64,000 bases of DNA, taken from NCBI GenBank assembly GCA_010909165.1, contig VJWM01000063.1, forward strand, positions 1,550,001 to 1,614,000, read 5' to 3'. Numbering within the stretch: the stretch's first letter is position 1; the number at the start of each line of letters is the position of its first letter. The position numbers and the translations under genes are program-made. The notes under the pieces were generated by a model. That model was not told the DNA's origin. It saw nothing but the letters and a program-made list of their open reading frames with translations, and did no database searches. Below, one piece after another: positions 24,977 to 37,260 of the stretch. The DNA is from Anthoceros angustus (lineage: Eukaryota; Plantae; Anthocerotophyta).

Positions 24977-26791
24977 ATGCTGAAAACTGTGAGGAGGAAG
25001 CACCGAGAAATGCCGTCAAACTTGAATCTTGGAGGAAAACATGCATGTGTTCGAAGGCGGCTTCTGCCATGGTTCATGTCGGTTTCTCTGAGCTGCGGTG
25101 TCCTTGTGCTCCTCCTTGTCGTATGTGTGCGCGAACTCCTACCTCTCTATACGACATCGCCTTCCCTGTCTATAACAGTTTGGCCAGGCTCTGAGGTCTC
25201 ACTTCGCAGTCGCTACAACAGGGTGAATGACTCTTACACTGTGCAGCCTCTGAGACTGCCTGAATATGGCAAACTTATATACAGAGAAAATGAGACTCCT
25301 GTCGTGGACGGGAAGAGCATTCTTGGGGAGGTGACGAAAGGTAAGCAGGTGATAGATATTCTGTATAGAAACGGTGTAGATAGTAGTCACGCAGGAGCTT
25401 ATCTGGAGAGCAAGGCAACTTTGTCTAAGGCGGGCAGGGGAACTTCAGGACTAGACCGAGAGGGGAAGGAGGTTTCTGGGGAAAGGGGGCCAGGGCTTCA
25501 CCCTGCTGGACTAGGAGTGCCTTTGAACCCCCAGAGCAAAAAGAAGCCCGTTAGAACAAGCCAGGCTCTTGAAGAGGATGAGAGAGGTAAAGTCTCAATT
25601 TCTGAGTTGCTCAACTGGCGGGGGGAACTGGATGGGGTGGACCTGCGACAACACCTTCAGAAGTTGACGTCTCAGGGAAGGCGACAGTGGCTGAAGCTGA
25701 ATTGGGAAAACTTCAAAATCCTACGAGTGGACTCTGTCTCTGAGCTGTTTTCCAGGCGCTTGAAAGATTTTTTCAGTGGTCCAGATTATTTTGTAAGGCG
25801 GGAAAGTGAAGGAGCGAGGACTGAATCTGGGCTGCCTTCGGAGCAGACAACCACTCAAGGCCCATCGGGTGAAGGGCATGATGGGAGTTACACACATTCC
25901 AGTGAAGCTACCAACAAATCAGGGGACTGCAAGCTCCGGTTTTTCCTAACCTGGATATCGCCCCTTTCATCTTTTGGTCCTCGTGAGCATATATGCCTGG
26001 AGAGTGTGTTTACCATCCACCCTACAGCCTGTGTCGTCATACTTTCCAGGTCCTTCGACAGTTCAGAGGGAAGAAAGATGCTGCAGCCCTTTGTAGTCAG
26101 AGGCCTGCGGGTTATAGCGGTTTCTCCTGATCTCCCCTTCCTTTTTAGAGGCACTCCTGCAGCTGACTGGTTCAAAGCTCTCAAGAGCGGGAACCAAGAC
26201 CCAGGCGAGATATCTTTAAGTCAAAACCTATCCAACATCTTGCGCATGGCTGCTTTGTACAAATATGGTGGAATTTACGTAGACAATGATATTCTGTTGC
26301 TAAGGGATCTTTCAGGGCTGAGAAACGTTATAGGGGCCCAGAGTGTATATGCCTCAACAGGAGAATGGGCCCGACTGAACAATGCTGTGATGATATTTGA
26401 CAAAAAGAGCCCTGTTCTGTACAAGTACATTGAGGAGTTCGCCATGACTTTTAATGGCAACAAATGGGGTCACAATGGGCCCTACTTAGCTACCCGCGTT
26501 ACCCGAAGGTTGGTTGGCCGTGAGGGATACAACTTCTCCATAGCTTCTCCATCAGCGTTTTATCCTGTGAACTGGGCAAGGATCGAAAAATTCTTCAAGA
26601 GTGCAAGCACACAGGAGGAGATAGACTGGCAACTTGCCAAGCTCGAGCAGCTGGAGGGTGCATCCTACGCAATCCATCTTTGGAACAAACAAAGTAGAGA
26701 TATGGATGTACAGATAGGAAGCCTCATAGATGTCTTGTTCAGAAAAGTCTGCATCTTTTGTGACCTATCGTTCAGAACAGCAAGTATGTAG
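24977..26791 (+). CDS. Alpha-1,4-glycosyltransferase family protein (GT32, Gb3-synthase-like), type II membrane
   Basis: N-terminal TM (WFMSVSLSCGVLVLLLVVCV); RFFLTWISP...REHICLESVF; NLSNILRMAALYKYGGIYVDND (DxD); LNNAVMIFDKKSP; WGHNGPYLATRV; YAIHLWN. Confidence 0.93.
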   Translation: MLKTVRRKHREMPSNLNLGGKHACVRRRLLPWFMSVSLSCGVLVLLLVVCVRELLPLYTTSPSLSITVWPGSEVSLRSRYNRVNDSYTVQPLRLPEYGKLIYRENETPVVDGKSILGEVTKGKQVIDILYRNGVDSSHAGAYLESKATLSKAGRGTSGLDREGKEVSGERGPGLHPAGLGVPLNPQSKKKPVRTSQALEEDERGKVSISELLNWRGELDGVDLRQHLQKLTSQGRRQWLKLNWENFKILRVDSVSELFSRRLKDFFSGPDYFVRRESEGARTESGLPSEQTTTQGPSGEGHDGSYTHSSEATNKSGDCKLRFFLTWISPLSSFGPREHICLESVFTIHPTACVVILSRSFDSSEGRKMLQPFVVRGLRVIAVSPDLPFLFRGTPAADWFKALKSGNQDPGEISLSQNLSNILRMAALYKYGGIYVDNDILLLRDLSGLRNVIGAQSVYASTGEWARLNNAVMIFDKKSPVLYKYIEEFAMTFNGNKWGHNGPYLATRVTRRLVGREGYNFSIASPSAFYPVNWARIEKFFKSASTQEEIDWQLAKLEQLEGASYAIHLWNKQSRDMDVQIGSLIDVLFRKVCIFCDLSFRTASM

Positions 26792-27084
26792 TGTGATGTA
26801 GAGATTGCCGTCTTGGACGCCGTAGACGAAGCATGCACATGCATAGGTGGCAGATTACTAGACCGATTTGATAAGTAGCTATGTCAGTGATGAGTGACGT
26901 AGCTGCCAAACCTGTCCCTGTTGGGGCTACAGCGTCCCTAACCCTGCAGGTTGGGAAAGGCAACAGCACATTGTTGTTGTAACTTTGGGAACACTGCAAC
27001 CGTCACCTGGCAAAATAGCCTCTTGACATGGGATTAATAATACATTCGATGGGAGATGGACAACCAGCTCTCACTTGGAGAAAA

Positions 27085-27292
27085 TGCCAAATTCTGTGCA
27101 CCTAGTATTCTGTACGATTTTGTACAGAGAAAGTGCCAAATTCTGTGTACCTAGTATTCTGTACGATTTTGTACAGAGAAAATGCCAAATTATGTATAGT
27201 ATTCTGTACGATTTTGTACAGAGAAAATGCCAAATTGTGTGTAGTATTCTGTACGATTTTGTGCAGAGAAAATGCCAAATTCTGTACAATTT
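27085..27292. repeat. Minisatellite, 45-48-bp unit, ~4.5 copies, between the convergent 3' ends of the GT32 and CLT genes
   Basis: TGCCAAATT...TAGTATTCTGTACGATTTTGTACAGAGAAA repeated head to tail. Confidence 0.92.
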
Positions 27293-27319
27293 TCCCAACC
27301 CAATTCCCAAGCAGGTGTC

Positions 27320-29641
27320 CTAGATATCTTTGGCTTTTCTAGTCTGAGAAGCATAATTGTAGGCCGCCAGCCCAGATACTAGAACAAAGGCACCAAACCA
27401 AAGACCTGGAGGTAAAGGGGCAGGCGGTCCAAGGTATGGCAAGTTCAGGGTGAAGCTCCACACACCTAGCGGAACTGTTGAAAGCCACACAAAATTTGTT
27501 AGGCCCAGGGTTATTAGATCATGAAAGACGGCATAACAGATTGTTGTGGAAATCTCACCTGCCAGAGTCATGACAAGGGACGCCACAATCGCCGAAGTTC
27601 TCTTCAAAAGTGTCAGGGCAGCGATGTTGAAGGATAAATTAACAAATATGTACAAGAGAGGAACGAGAGGAGCTCCATCACAAGCTGCACAACAAATGCC
27701 AGATCCTCAGAACTTCCTCAACCGCAAAAATAGCTCAGAAACAATGTGAGCATATTAGGTCTGAAACATGTACCCGCAACTAGGGAACCCGTATTCAGAA
27801 AACAGGCTGCTCCGTCCCTGAAATACATCGGTAGCTCCAGGAAAGGTATCCCTCTCAGATTCGAGAGGAAAGGGAGCAAAAGCAGGACAAATAGAGCCTG
27901 CGGGATACATACATTGTCAGAATCCGTGGGTCATCCTGCATGCAACCGACAGCTACATCCTTGGGTGGACAAAAATCTACCTGAAAGCCTGATCCGAATG
28001 AGTTCACCACGAAGATGTCGACACCGCCCTGGATCCATATCAAAAATAAGATGATGAAGGTCCCACGGCTTTGTAGATGTGTATGCATGCAATGGGAGGA
28101 CCTCAAGACAGATAACATACCTTTATGCGCCTGCTGGCATCTTGAAACACTGCTTCCTGATTCCACGAGTGGAGATTTAGAAAAGAACAAGAAGTCAAGA
28201 GATACCAGGGCCTGATGTGAAAGACGGAAACAAGCCTGACCTTCAGAATGTTGGCAGCGGCAGAGAAACCGGTTGACACAATCATCAGAATGGACCAGAG
28301 AATTTGAGGCTGAAGGGATAAAGTCCCTTCACTTCCACTGCAAACAAGTCAAACAGTCAGTAAGACGATCAGTGCTAGTGGCATTCTTGCGGCAGTGACA
28401 AGAGATAAAGGTGGGCCACCATGGGCTTCAAAGTCGAGTACCTTGCAACCACAATAACAACTCCAATAATGACAAGCAAACAGCCGGCCAATTGGCCAAG
28501 TGTGTATCGTTTCCCAAGAAAAGAATACGAGAGCAGCAGCTGCCACACCAAATACACCTGCAGACCACAAACCCAGCGGAGAAAGAAGCGACATCAGCTA
28601 CATGGCGGCAAACATAGGTAAAAAGCCAATTCGAAGACCAGCACAGCCAGAGCTTGCCTCTCATGCTATGCGCCAACTACCTGAGCTAGGATAGGAATAG
28701 CGGCTCCCGGGAGAACCGCTGCACAAAATCAACCACACATGTGCCCACCTTAAAAAATGAGGCCCCCAACAGAATTATGCAAAGCCGGTCCTTGCCAAGA
28801 GGCTAACCTCAGTTACCTGCGGATGCCATTCCCGAAGCTATGGCCAAAGCCTCCAACCCACCAATGGCAGCTAATTTACTCTTAGGCAGCTCCAACATCG
28901 CCTTTGTCACAATTCCTGCGCGGTAGCGGATATATAGCATTGTGAAGTAAACTGCAACATACCTGTACATCAGGACATGAAACCTTTATCCACTGCAAGG
29001 AGGGCAACATGTCTCCACGACAACGGGACAAGTGCAGAACGAACCACTGACCCGAACGTCGTCAACTGTGCCAAAAAGAAGGGATATCTCGCCATGGGCA
29101 CCAATGCCATCTTGTACAAAATCTTGTTACTCACAGAGAAGGAAATGGTCAGACCAGCCGCTAGAATGGTAAACAGCAGCTGTTTCGGCACGGCCACCTC
29201 TCCAACCCTCCACACATTACGCCCCTCCTCCTCCTCCTCCCCATCCACAGCAGTATACAGGTTCGCAACAAGGTCATCCGCGTCCTCAGCTCCATCTCTC
29301 GCATACGACCGGCTCTTCCCAACACGAAGCCTCTCCCTCAAATTCCTCCTCTCCCTCAACCCACCAGACCCAAAACGGGCTCCACCCACAAACGAACCGC
29401 CCACCACCGCGGACGAGCACGAGGGCTCAGAAAGCGCAGAGAATGCAGGACCCAACACCCCATCCCTCTCCCAGCAGGAGCACACGCTCGATCTCAACCT
29501 CCCACACCCCGCCGACCACGAAGCAGCAGCCAAGAAGAGCGATAATCTGCCTCGCCGCGAGGCGGGGCAGGTCATTGCCGACGGGAGAGCGCACTTGCTC
29601 CCTCCCGCAATCCATCCACGCACCAGAACGGCCTCCGCCAT
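27320..29641 (-). CDS. CLT: CRT-like (chloroquine-resistance transporter-like) plastid glutathione transporter
   Basis: SNKILYKMALVPMARYPFFLAQLTTFG; LLSYSFLGKRYTLGQLAGCLLVIIGVVIVV; VDIFVVNSFGSGFQ; YIFVNLSFNIAALTLLKRTSAIVASL; VPLGVWSFTLNLPYLGPPAPLPPG. Multi-exon; start at ATG 29641 or 29575. Confidence 0.93.
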
Positions 29642-30189
29642 CTCCAATCCCAATCCTGCATCCAAAATTCCACAAACGCCCTTCCCCTCAACGCATCAAG
29701 CCCCGTCCTTCCCGATACGTGAAACGCTGATCTCCGAATTCCCTCCACAATGCCACTCAAATCCACCGCCCAAGTCGTCGCCTTCGCCGACTGAAGAAGA
29801 CAAGTCCAACCCAGCAGGCTGAGGAAGCAATTGAAGCAGTCCAGTCCAGCCCACGACGGGAAAAAGCCGGAAATTGCAACAGGGGACCACAGCGCGTGCG
29901 TCACGCAAGGACAGGAATCAGTGGGCTGCAGCCAACAATTTCCTCTCTTGTTCGTTTCTTTTTCCTCTCGCTCGCCCGCCTTCTTGGACCATAGCCACTA
30001 CACTTCCTGCCTGCCGGCAGCCGCTTTATAGCCGCTCCAACCAGGACCAACCATAAGCCTCCTACCTGGCGGCACCCGGGTAATATCTTCCCGCACAAAC
30101 TGGCCCGGGCAACGCCCAGAGCACGCCACGCTAGACCCGGCCGCTCACAGGGCGCCCGGAGACAAAGGGTAGCTTCCGGGGGAGATTCC

Positions 30190-30545
30190 CACTCGCCGTT
30201 AGAATAAGCGCCCGGACAATACTTCCCCGGCCGGTGGAAGTCGCCAGGCCCTGCTGCCGGTGGTGGTGCCGGTTTCGTGACCGGGAACTCGTGAGTCGTG
30301 AATTCTGAATCGTGAAGTGTTGTGTATGTGTGAATATAGGTCGCGGTTTCCCTCGCTTGTGCGAGATAAATTTAGTACCTAGTTTGTTTTATGGAGAGTG
30401 GTTAGAATAATTAAACCACGGGTTTAAGTCCGGTCATGAGGAGACAGAGCGCGGGGAAGAGGAAGGCGGGGAGCAGCAGCAACAGGCGGCGATGGCGGCC
30501 AGGGCGAGCTGGTGGACAATGCCTGGCCAAGCGGGAGCGAGGTGT
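30190..30545 (-). repeat. Diverged paralogous copy of the MMP C-terminal tail and 3' flank (matches ~31925-32230)
   Basis: RHRRLLLLLPAFLFPAL versus RHRRHSLLLLLPVFLFAAL. Shared DNA blocks GGGTTTAAGT, TAGAATAAG..GCGCCCGGA and GGAAGTCGCC..GG.CTGCTGCC. Confidence 0.75.
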
Positions 30546-32113
30546 TGTTGGCCCTGGGGAGCGCGGGAAACTGGCGTGCGGTGTCCATGTGGCTTCGCAG
30601 GGAGTGATGGAAAGGTCGGAGCCTGGTGAGGCGAAGGACGGAATTTGTGTTGTCATGTTGGATGACGGTATGCAGTTAGGGTTTGAGTTTGAGTGAATCG
30701 GGTGTTGTCTCGAGAGCACGTTTAGGGTTTCGCTGGGGCTCCTTTGATTGGTGTCTCGTCTCTTGTCCAGCGATGGGGGCTGGTGAAGGGCCTTGAGGTT
30801 GCGATGGTGAATGCGCTAACCCACCTACCTATGTAGACGTGAATGCACCCAAGCATATTATCATTCATGGTCATTCATCATGCAGGCCTGGTGAGAAGCT
30901 TTTGTAGCAGGTTGAACAGGTCTGAGATGAAGGCTTGGGTGAGAGAAATATCTGTAACAACTCGGCCATGGTTGTGCAGGTGCCACCCTCCCGGTTGGTT
31001 AGGTTGAGGTCGATGGTGAAGGCCAATTGGCTCTGCTTGCACTCACGGATGGCTCCTCTGCACTTGAGCAGAATGCCTGATGCTGACGTAGGGGACAGCC
31101 TGACTGTGCCCTTGAGCAAGGTGAAGGGCAAAGTTGGGCTTTGAGGGTCTGGGGTGGGCAGTCCCGAGTCCCTATAACTCGTGGTGAACCAGGTTAGATT
31201 ATCCTGTCGGCCTGGAGGTTTACTGCCCTTTTGCTTCTTGTCTTTCTGTTCTCGTACTCATGGCTTGTCTCGCCTTGCGGTGGCAGCTGGGAGCTCTCCA
31301 TGTTGCGGACATGCTGTCTAGTGACCACCATTACTTCACATACAAGGTTAGTTGAACACTATTTTGTTCGTAGGATTTACATATCCGGCACCATGGTAAT
31401 GATTTTGCTCAAAGCTTTCTCTTCTGCCTGCACTGGACATAAGTTTGCTAGAGGCAAAGATCTCGGAGCTGCAGCAGGAGTTCCACGAAAAGGTCTTGCT
31501 TTTGGTAACCGAAAAAGTAAGCAGCGAGCATACTGCTGCTGCCTTCCCCTGCCTGATGTTAAAAAAGTGTGCAGCTACTCCTCTCGCTGGCCGGCTTCGT
31601 ACTGTGAACAGAGCCGGTGAAACTGCTGCTCACGCTGTTTTGGTCGTTTGATCCAGGACTGCATGAAGGATCCTGGTGCCTTTTCCCAGTTGAGGAGAGC
31701 AGACGTGCTGGCCCTGCATTCGAATTTGATACTATTGGATGGGGCGTCAAGTCTACAACACTTAGATAGGCTGCTGGCTAGGGCAACTTGTGGTCGTTAG
31801 CAGAAACGCGGGTTGCCTGTATTCACCCGTGGTGACACCGGACCTCAGATCCGCACCTTGTTTCCTCGCAGAATGAACATCTGAGATGCCTCTTCCAATT
31901 GCATGAAACCAGCGCCCAAGAAATGGTTTAGAATAAGAAGCGCCCGGAATATATTTCCCCCGGGAAATGGAAGTCGCCCTCCAGGCTCTGCTGCCAGTGC
32001 TGGTGCAGTGCTCGACACCGTTGTGAAAGCGGGTTCCTTTCGGTGAGATCGTTGGTGCGAGACGTTGTTTCAGTAGAGTCGTTAGAGTAATCAAAGCATG
32101 GGTTTAAGTGAGG

Positions 32114-33203
32114 TCAAGGGAAGACGAGCGCGGCGAAGAGGAAGACGGGGAGCAGCAGCAGCAGGGAGTGGCGGCGATGGCGGCAGTCGCCGAGGGCGGA
32201 AGATGGGCTGGGCGCGATCACGCCTTGCAGGACCTGGAAGGCGCGGCTGGGGCCGTAAAGGGATTGCGCGCCCTGGATGTCGTCGGTGCTGAGGTCGTGC
32301 TTCACCTGCACGGCAAAACAGAGCTGAGAGCTCGAGTCCGGGACTGGATTAATGATGGAAGGATGGAAGGATGCAGCAGAGTGTGGAGTTTTGTACCTGG
32401 CGGGGGGAGATGTCGGCGAACATGGTGGCGGAGGGGTCGTCCGAATGGCCCATCCCGATGAGGTGGCCGGCTTCGTGGAGGAGGACGGACTGGAGGTCCA
32501 TGGTGTCTTGGAGCAGGAGGGATTCTGGGGAGAAGACGTCGACGCTCCACTGCTCGGCGAGGTCGAGGTGGAGGCGGCCGTCCTCGGGGGCGAAGGAGTG
32601 GGCGAGCACGCCCAGGGCGCCGTCGAAGGGCTGCCCGTCGCCGTGGTCTCCCATGAGGAAGCTCACCTTGATGTCGGCCCACTCGAAGTACACATCTTCC
32701 AGGAGCGCGAAGGTGAGCGGCACCACCGCCGCCCACGTCCGGAACGCGCCCTCCAGGGCGAACAGGATGTCCTTGCGCGGAATCAGCGCCGTCACGGCCG
32801 TCGTCGACAGCGCGTACGTCAGGTTGCTGTGCGACCTCCACCGCCCGTTGTATCCGAAGTACGCGAACTTGTCCACCGTCACCTCTCTTGGCCTGGCCTT
32901 CCTCGATCCCTTGCTGGATGTCATCAGGTTGACAGCCACCGTCGCAGTTTCACGATCAGGATCGCCATGCCGCTCCTGCACTCCGTGTACATGCTGCTGC
33001 CGTTGGGACCGTCTCGAAAAGGCTGCAGCAACGGACTTGGATTCATCCTCGAAGGACTGGTCCTTGGGGAAGCCGGACTCGCCGCCCTCGGGCCTCCATT
33101 GTGGGCTTCTTATTTCCGCCGAGCTGCCCAGGCCTGCCTCACCGATTAGCAACAACACCGTGGTGAAGGTGGCAAAGAGCAGAATTTCTGTGATGGAGCC
33201 CAT
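32114..33203 (-). CDS. Matrix metalloproteinase (peptidase M10A), signal peptide plus C-terminal membrane/GPI anchor
   Basis: Exons 33203-32397 and 32305-32114. Signal peptide MGSITEILLFATFTTVLLLIG; ADIKVSF..GDHGDGQPFDGALGVLAHSFAPEDGRLHLDLAEQW; zinc motif HEAGHLIGMGH; Met-turn SATMF; DDIQGAQSLYG; hydrophobic tail. Confidence 0.95.
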
Positions 33204-36184
33204 TCTCGTCGCCGGCAGCACAGGCACGCCTTGCATCAATTGGATGGATCTCAGGATAGGAAGCTTGCAGATGAATTCCGCAGGATCCCCAATTTGCACT
33301 GCGATGGATCTGAATTGAAATTGTTGCTCGATGATTGCAAGGCATGAGGACGATGTCGGATTATTGGGATTGCGGGCACATGAAATTCGGTCCTTTCGGG
33401 CATTCTGCAGATGAATCTAGCCCTGGAATGGCAGCGAGGCTGGAGGATGGCAAGCTGTGGGCGCCCAGCAAAACCCCCCCGCTCCGCCTATGACACGGGG
33501 AGACTTAAGGTGGCGCATAACTGCCGTTCGTGTCCGCGCGGTGCGGCATATCGACTAGGCCCCGGATTTGTCGGGTGGCTACGGACAGTTAATTATTTTT
33601 TTCGAAATTGCATTTACAGAAAAAGGTAATTTCACATTTCTTTCAAACGGCGCGAGGCTAGAGGAGTCGGGCTGCTGTCGGGCTTCGAAGTTTGCCCCTA
33701 AAAAAGATTCTCATCCGGCGTACAAATCTCGATGGAAGGACAACGTCAGCCTTCTCCTTCTTGCAATGCATTTTGTTGATTTGACCAGGCAAATCATGTG
33801 ATGTCTTTCTTTTATTATCTACAGATTTTTTATTCTTTAGTCTTAAGAACTTATTTTTTTGATATTAAGATTTTTAAAATATGTATCGATTATAATTATG
33901 GTCTAAGATTTTGATCATAATATAGATAACAGATTTTTCTGACACCATTTTAGATTATCTAAAGCAACATGTTGTCGATTATAAAATACATCACTCATGT
34001 GCATAGTATCTTACTATTGTCATAGGAATTATAACTTATAATTCATATTTTAAAGATATTCAACCAAACCGGCTATGAGAGATACAACTTGTGTCATTCC
34101 TCTATATTAGAAGAGGAGTCCACATACATCACCAAAACATTTGTCATTTTTTTTTAAAGTAGGTGAAAACATTCACTCCCGCACATTTTGTGTTATAGCT
34201 ATGAATTATGAAAAGTTCCATTGGAAAGGGACAATGGCGTTTTTGCCACAAATGATTCAGTATAAGTAAGTTTTACATAATAATTGGACATCTAAAAGTT
34301 TAAAAAGAGGTGGAAAAATAAACCATGATAATTATATTTTAATAAAATTAGTAATTATTAATTATATGCTAAAAATTCAGTTATTGGGTTTTTTCCCTAT
34401 TTTATAAAGGTTTGTAAAAATTAGAACATATGTGGTAAGTCGTTTTTTTACTTTGTCCCTAACATATATTCATAAAGTCTCAGTGAAGTCATGCTTTGTA
34501 GAGTTTGCCTATCATTCAAGAAATAAAAATGTGTAATGTAACATTGCAAAATGATCCAAGTCCTTTATTTGCTCCTCGCAACGCGATATGGTAAATACTA
34601 TTCAACATAGCTGTGAATCTCTGCAATTTGAGAATTCTTGTCCCATAAGTGGAAATACTTAGAAATGGAAGGGAAGCCACAAAAAATGCGCATGGAGGAT
34701 GGTTACCTGACATGCTCATCCACGGCTACCGCATTAGACTTTTAAGGACCCTTCCTTAAGTACCTCGTAAGGTTGGCTACCGGAGCCAACATTCCCCAAT
34801 TTCCGACCTTGCATGGTAGGATATGAGACACCGAGTAGCTAGACTGTTCATTAGGTCCTATCGGGCCCCAAGGCAGGCCTTCGCAATTAGCTCCAACCGA
34901 AATGCAAGGTCCCTGTCCCCAAATTGCACTGTGCTTCCAGAGTCAGAGCGTCTAGCTATTGTGGAACCTGTGAAGGATTGATCAGCAAGTTTTGCAAAAC
35001 TGAGCGGTTTGGAAGTTCAAATTTGTGGGTACCAAGATATAGGGAATCACTGAGCTCCTTACGGGGAAACGAAGGTCTCCTTCAAAATCGGGTTTAAAAG
35101 GATTATGAGGTGGAATACAATTGCAAGACAAAGACGTGGTAGCCTGGGAGTACTTGGGGGCGCCGACCAGGCTGGCCCTCTTCTCCAAGCATTCTGGTCG
35201 CACCCAACTATAATTTCACTGTATGGGGTACGACTTTTACATAGCTTTAGTTGGCTCACCATGCCTCGGAAAAGGGCTATGACGCCAGAAACACAAAAGG
35301 GGCTTCAAATAAGATTTGGCTATGTAAGTATGCCACATTGCAATTGTGAGAAACTAGAGTCAACAGAAAGTTTGTGCCACTTTTTGGGAGTCAAGTGTAC
35401 ACGCGCAAGTTCCACTAAAGATGATATCGTCGGGGTCTTCACATAAGGCAAAACAAGATACGGGGTATATTATAGGTTGCCGTAAATGATCTGCATTTGA
35501 AAAAATAAAGGCTTGGGATTTCTGCTTTGAAAACTCATTAAACAATCTATGATCGGCTTTTGTGCCAATACCATGCAAATTCAAGGGAGTTGCCCGCTCC
35601 ATCTCCAAGGATCCGCTATAAACATAGTGTGTCATGCCACAAACAGACTCCGCGCAATATTGGCGGATTCTTGAAATCCTCTTTTGCGCTTTGGGTGGAG
35701 GTTGCCACCCCTTTCTCATATCATGCAAAACACGTGTTTTTAAAAGAGATGTGCTTAATGGCAGGTTCCACTTAGAACAATGTAAGTAATATCGAGGTTT
35801 TTTTCCATGTATGCACACTTTTGTTTCAGTGCGCCGGTCGTCCGGCGCACCCTTCCGAGACTTACTCTGGGGGAAAGGGCAGAGTGCCAGCACTATGGGT
35901 CCAAAACACGTAATATGCATTCAAATCAAAGTCAGGCATTTTCCACGAAGGGTCAAAAACGGGAATTATACCGGTCAACCGGACAGAGCCCCTACTGTCT
36001 ACAAGTCCTGGCTACCCAAAGGGTCATCTACTTCAACCAAATTGAGCTCCGAATCTGGCACCGTTTCTACATTTTCCAAATCCTGCCTTTCCGTGTCACC
36101 AAAGTCATCACCTTCAACCTGCAAAAGAAAACGTCGGAGCCTCTGTTGTCTGCGGTGGTAGTGTGCCGTTTTCATCCCATATTG

Positions 36185-37260
36185 TCAATGCCAGTTGGTC
36201 TTCAACCAGCCGGTCGTCCTGGGGTCTGCGAGTCCTTCATTCTGACCCTTCTTTCCAAGCAAGCTATACACTTGCATTTTCCTGTCAATGCCTCCGTCTG
36301 CACAGATCTCCTTTGCCCAAAACTTGCCAGGGCCCCGCGAAAACTTATCTGTTGTTATTTCTTCGAACTCGTCCGGCAGCCGCTCCAACCCGTTCACTCG
36401 TTGTGACATATACATTGAGCATCGTGCGTCTTTGTCAATGGCCACAACGTTCCTTTTCCGTTGAATCCGGCCACCAAAAATGATCCTGATCCTGCACAGG
36501 CGTCAACAATCCAGTCGTCTTCGTTGGAGAACATGTTCACCAACATGCCTAATAAGCCCACAGGTTTACGATATGGCGTCGACCATCTTATCACCAGTGT
36601 GGTAAATCAACTTCTTCACCACAGTCCCATGTCGGATAACTCTTGGCAGCACCTGTTTGATGTCTTTGCCGGCAAAAAGAGGAGCTTTTCCGACATTGGA
36701 CTCTGTCCTCACTGCGCTTCCCACTGTCAAATATTCCACTGTTTCAACAGCACCACTGTTAGGTGGGATGTTGGTTTTCTCCCATACCAGGGTTTGTATG
36801 ACTCCTTTCCTGCACCACGACCCTGGCGTGAATCACCCCGTCCACCCCATGCATCAGGGTTATCCGGAACACATCGCTGGTGGTCTTCTCGTTGAAAGAG
36901 CTGATGAGCTCTTTCAATTCTTCTTCAACGAAAGCCTTGTCATTCTCATGCCGATGTAAACCTCGAGGGAGGTCGCAGAAAAGAAGAGTATACCTCCTCG
37001 GTGGCAAAAATCCTTTCATATCCAAAATGTCTCGATGCACCACGATATGCCACTTTGTCCAAGACCGGGCACTCAAACCGCCACCGCATCCATGTCCTTG
37101 TCGGCCATTTGTTTTCGCTCTTCTTCCATCCGTTTCGATTCGCGCTATAAACAAAATCTTGGAAAGGTTTTGGCGAGCTTTCAAATCCTCAATGTCTCCC
37201 GGTTTACGCAAGCAGACGGTGGTCGAGAACTCATTGGCAGTGGAGTGCGCGGTCGGTGGC
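36185..37260 (-). pseudogene. Beta-class DNA amino-methyltransferase domain (N6_N4_Mtase-like), frameshifted in this sequence
   Basis: Joined across ~3 single-base frameshifts: YTLLFCDLPRG (motif IV, 36963-36974) ... VIQTLVWEKTN ... VEYLTVG ... PYRKPVGLLGMLVNMFSNEDDWIVDACAGSGSFLVAG (motif I, 36481-36504) ... RNVVAIDKD. Motif IV precedes motif I, which is the beta-class order. Confidence 0.85.

Noticed and set aside
23025-30301. Identical 15-mer ACTCGTGAGTCGTGA at 23025 and 30287
   Set aside because: A shared 15-mer somewhere in 64 kb is expected by chance (order of one or two occurrences).
28977-33318. Long + strand ORFs 28977-29822, 32352-33149 and 32371-33318
   Set aside because: Antisense shadows of the CLT and MMP coding exons.
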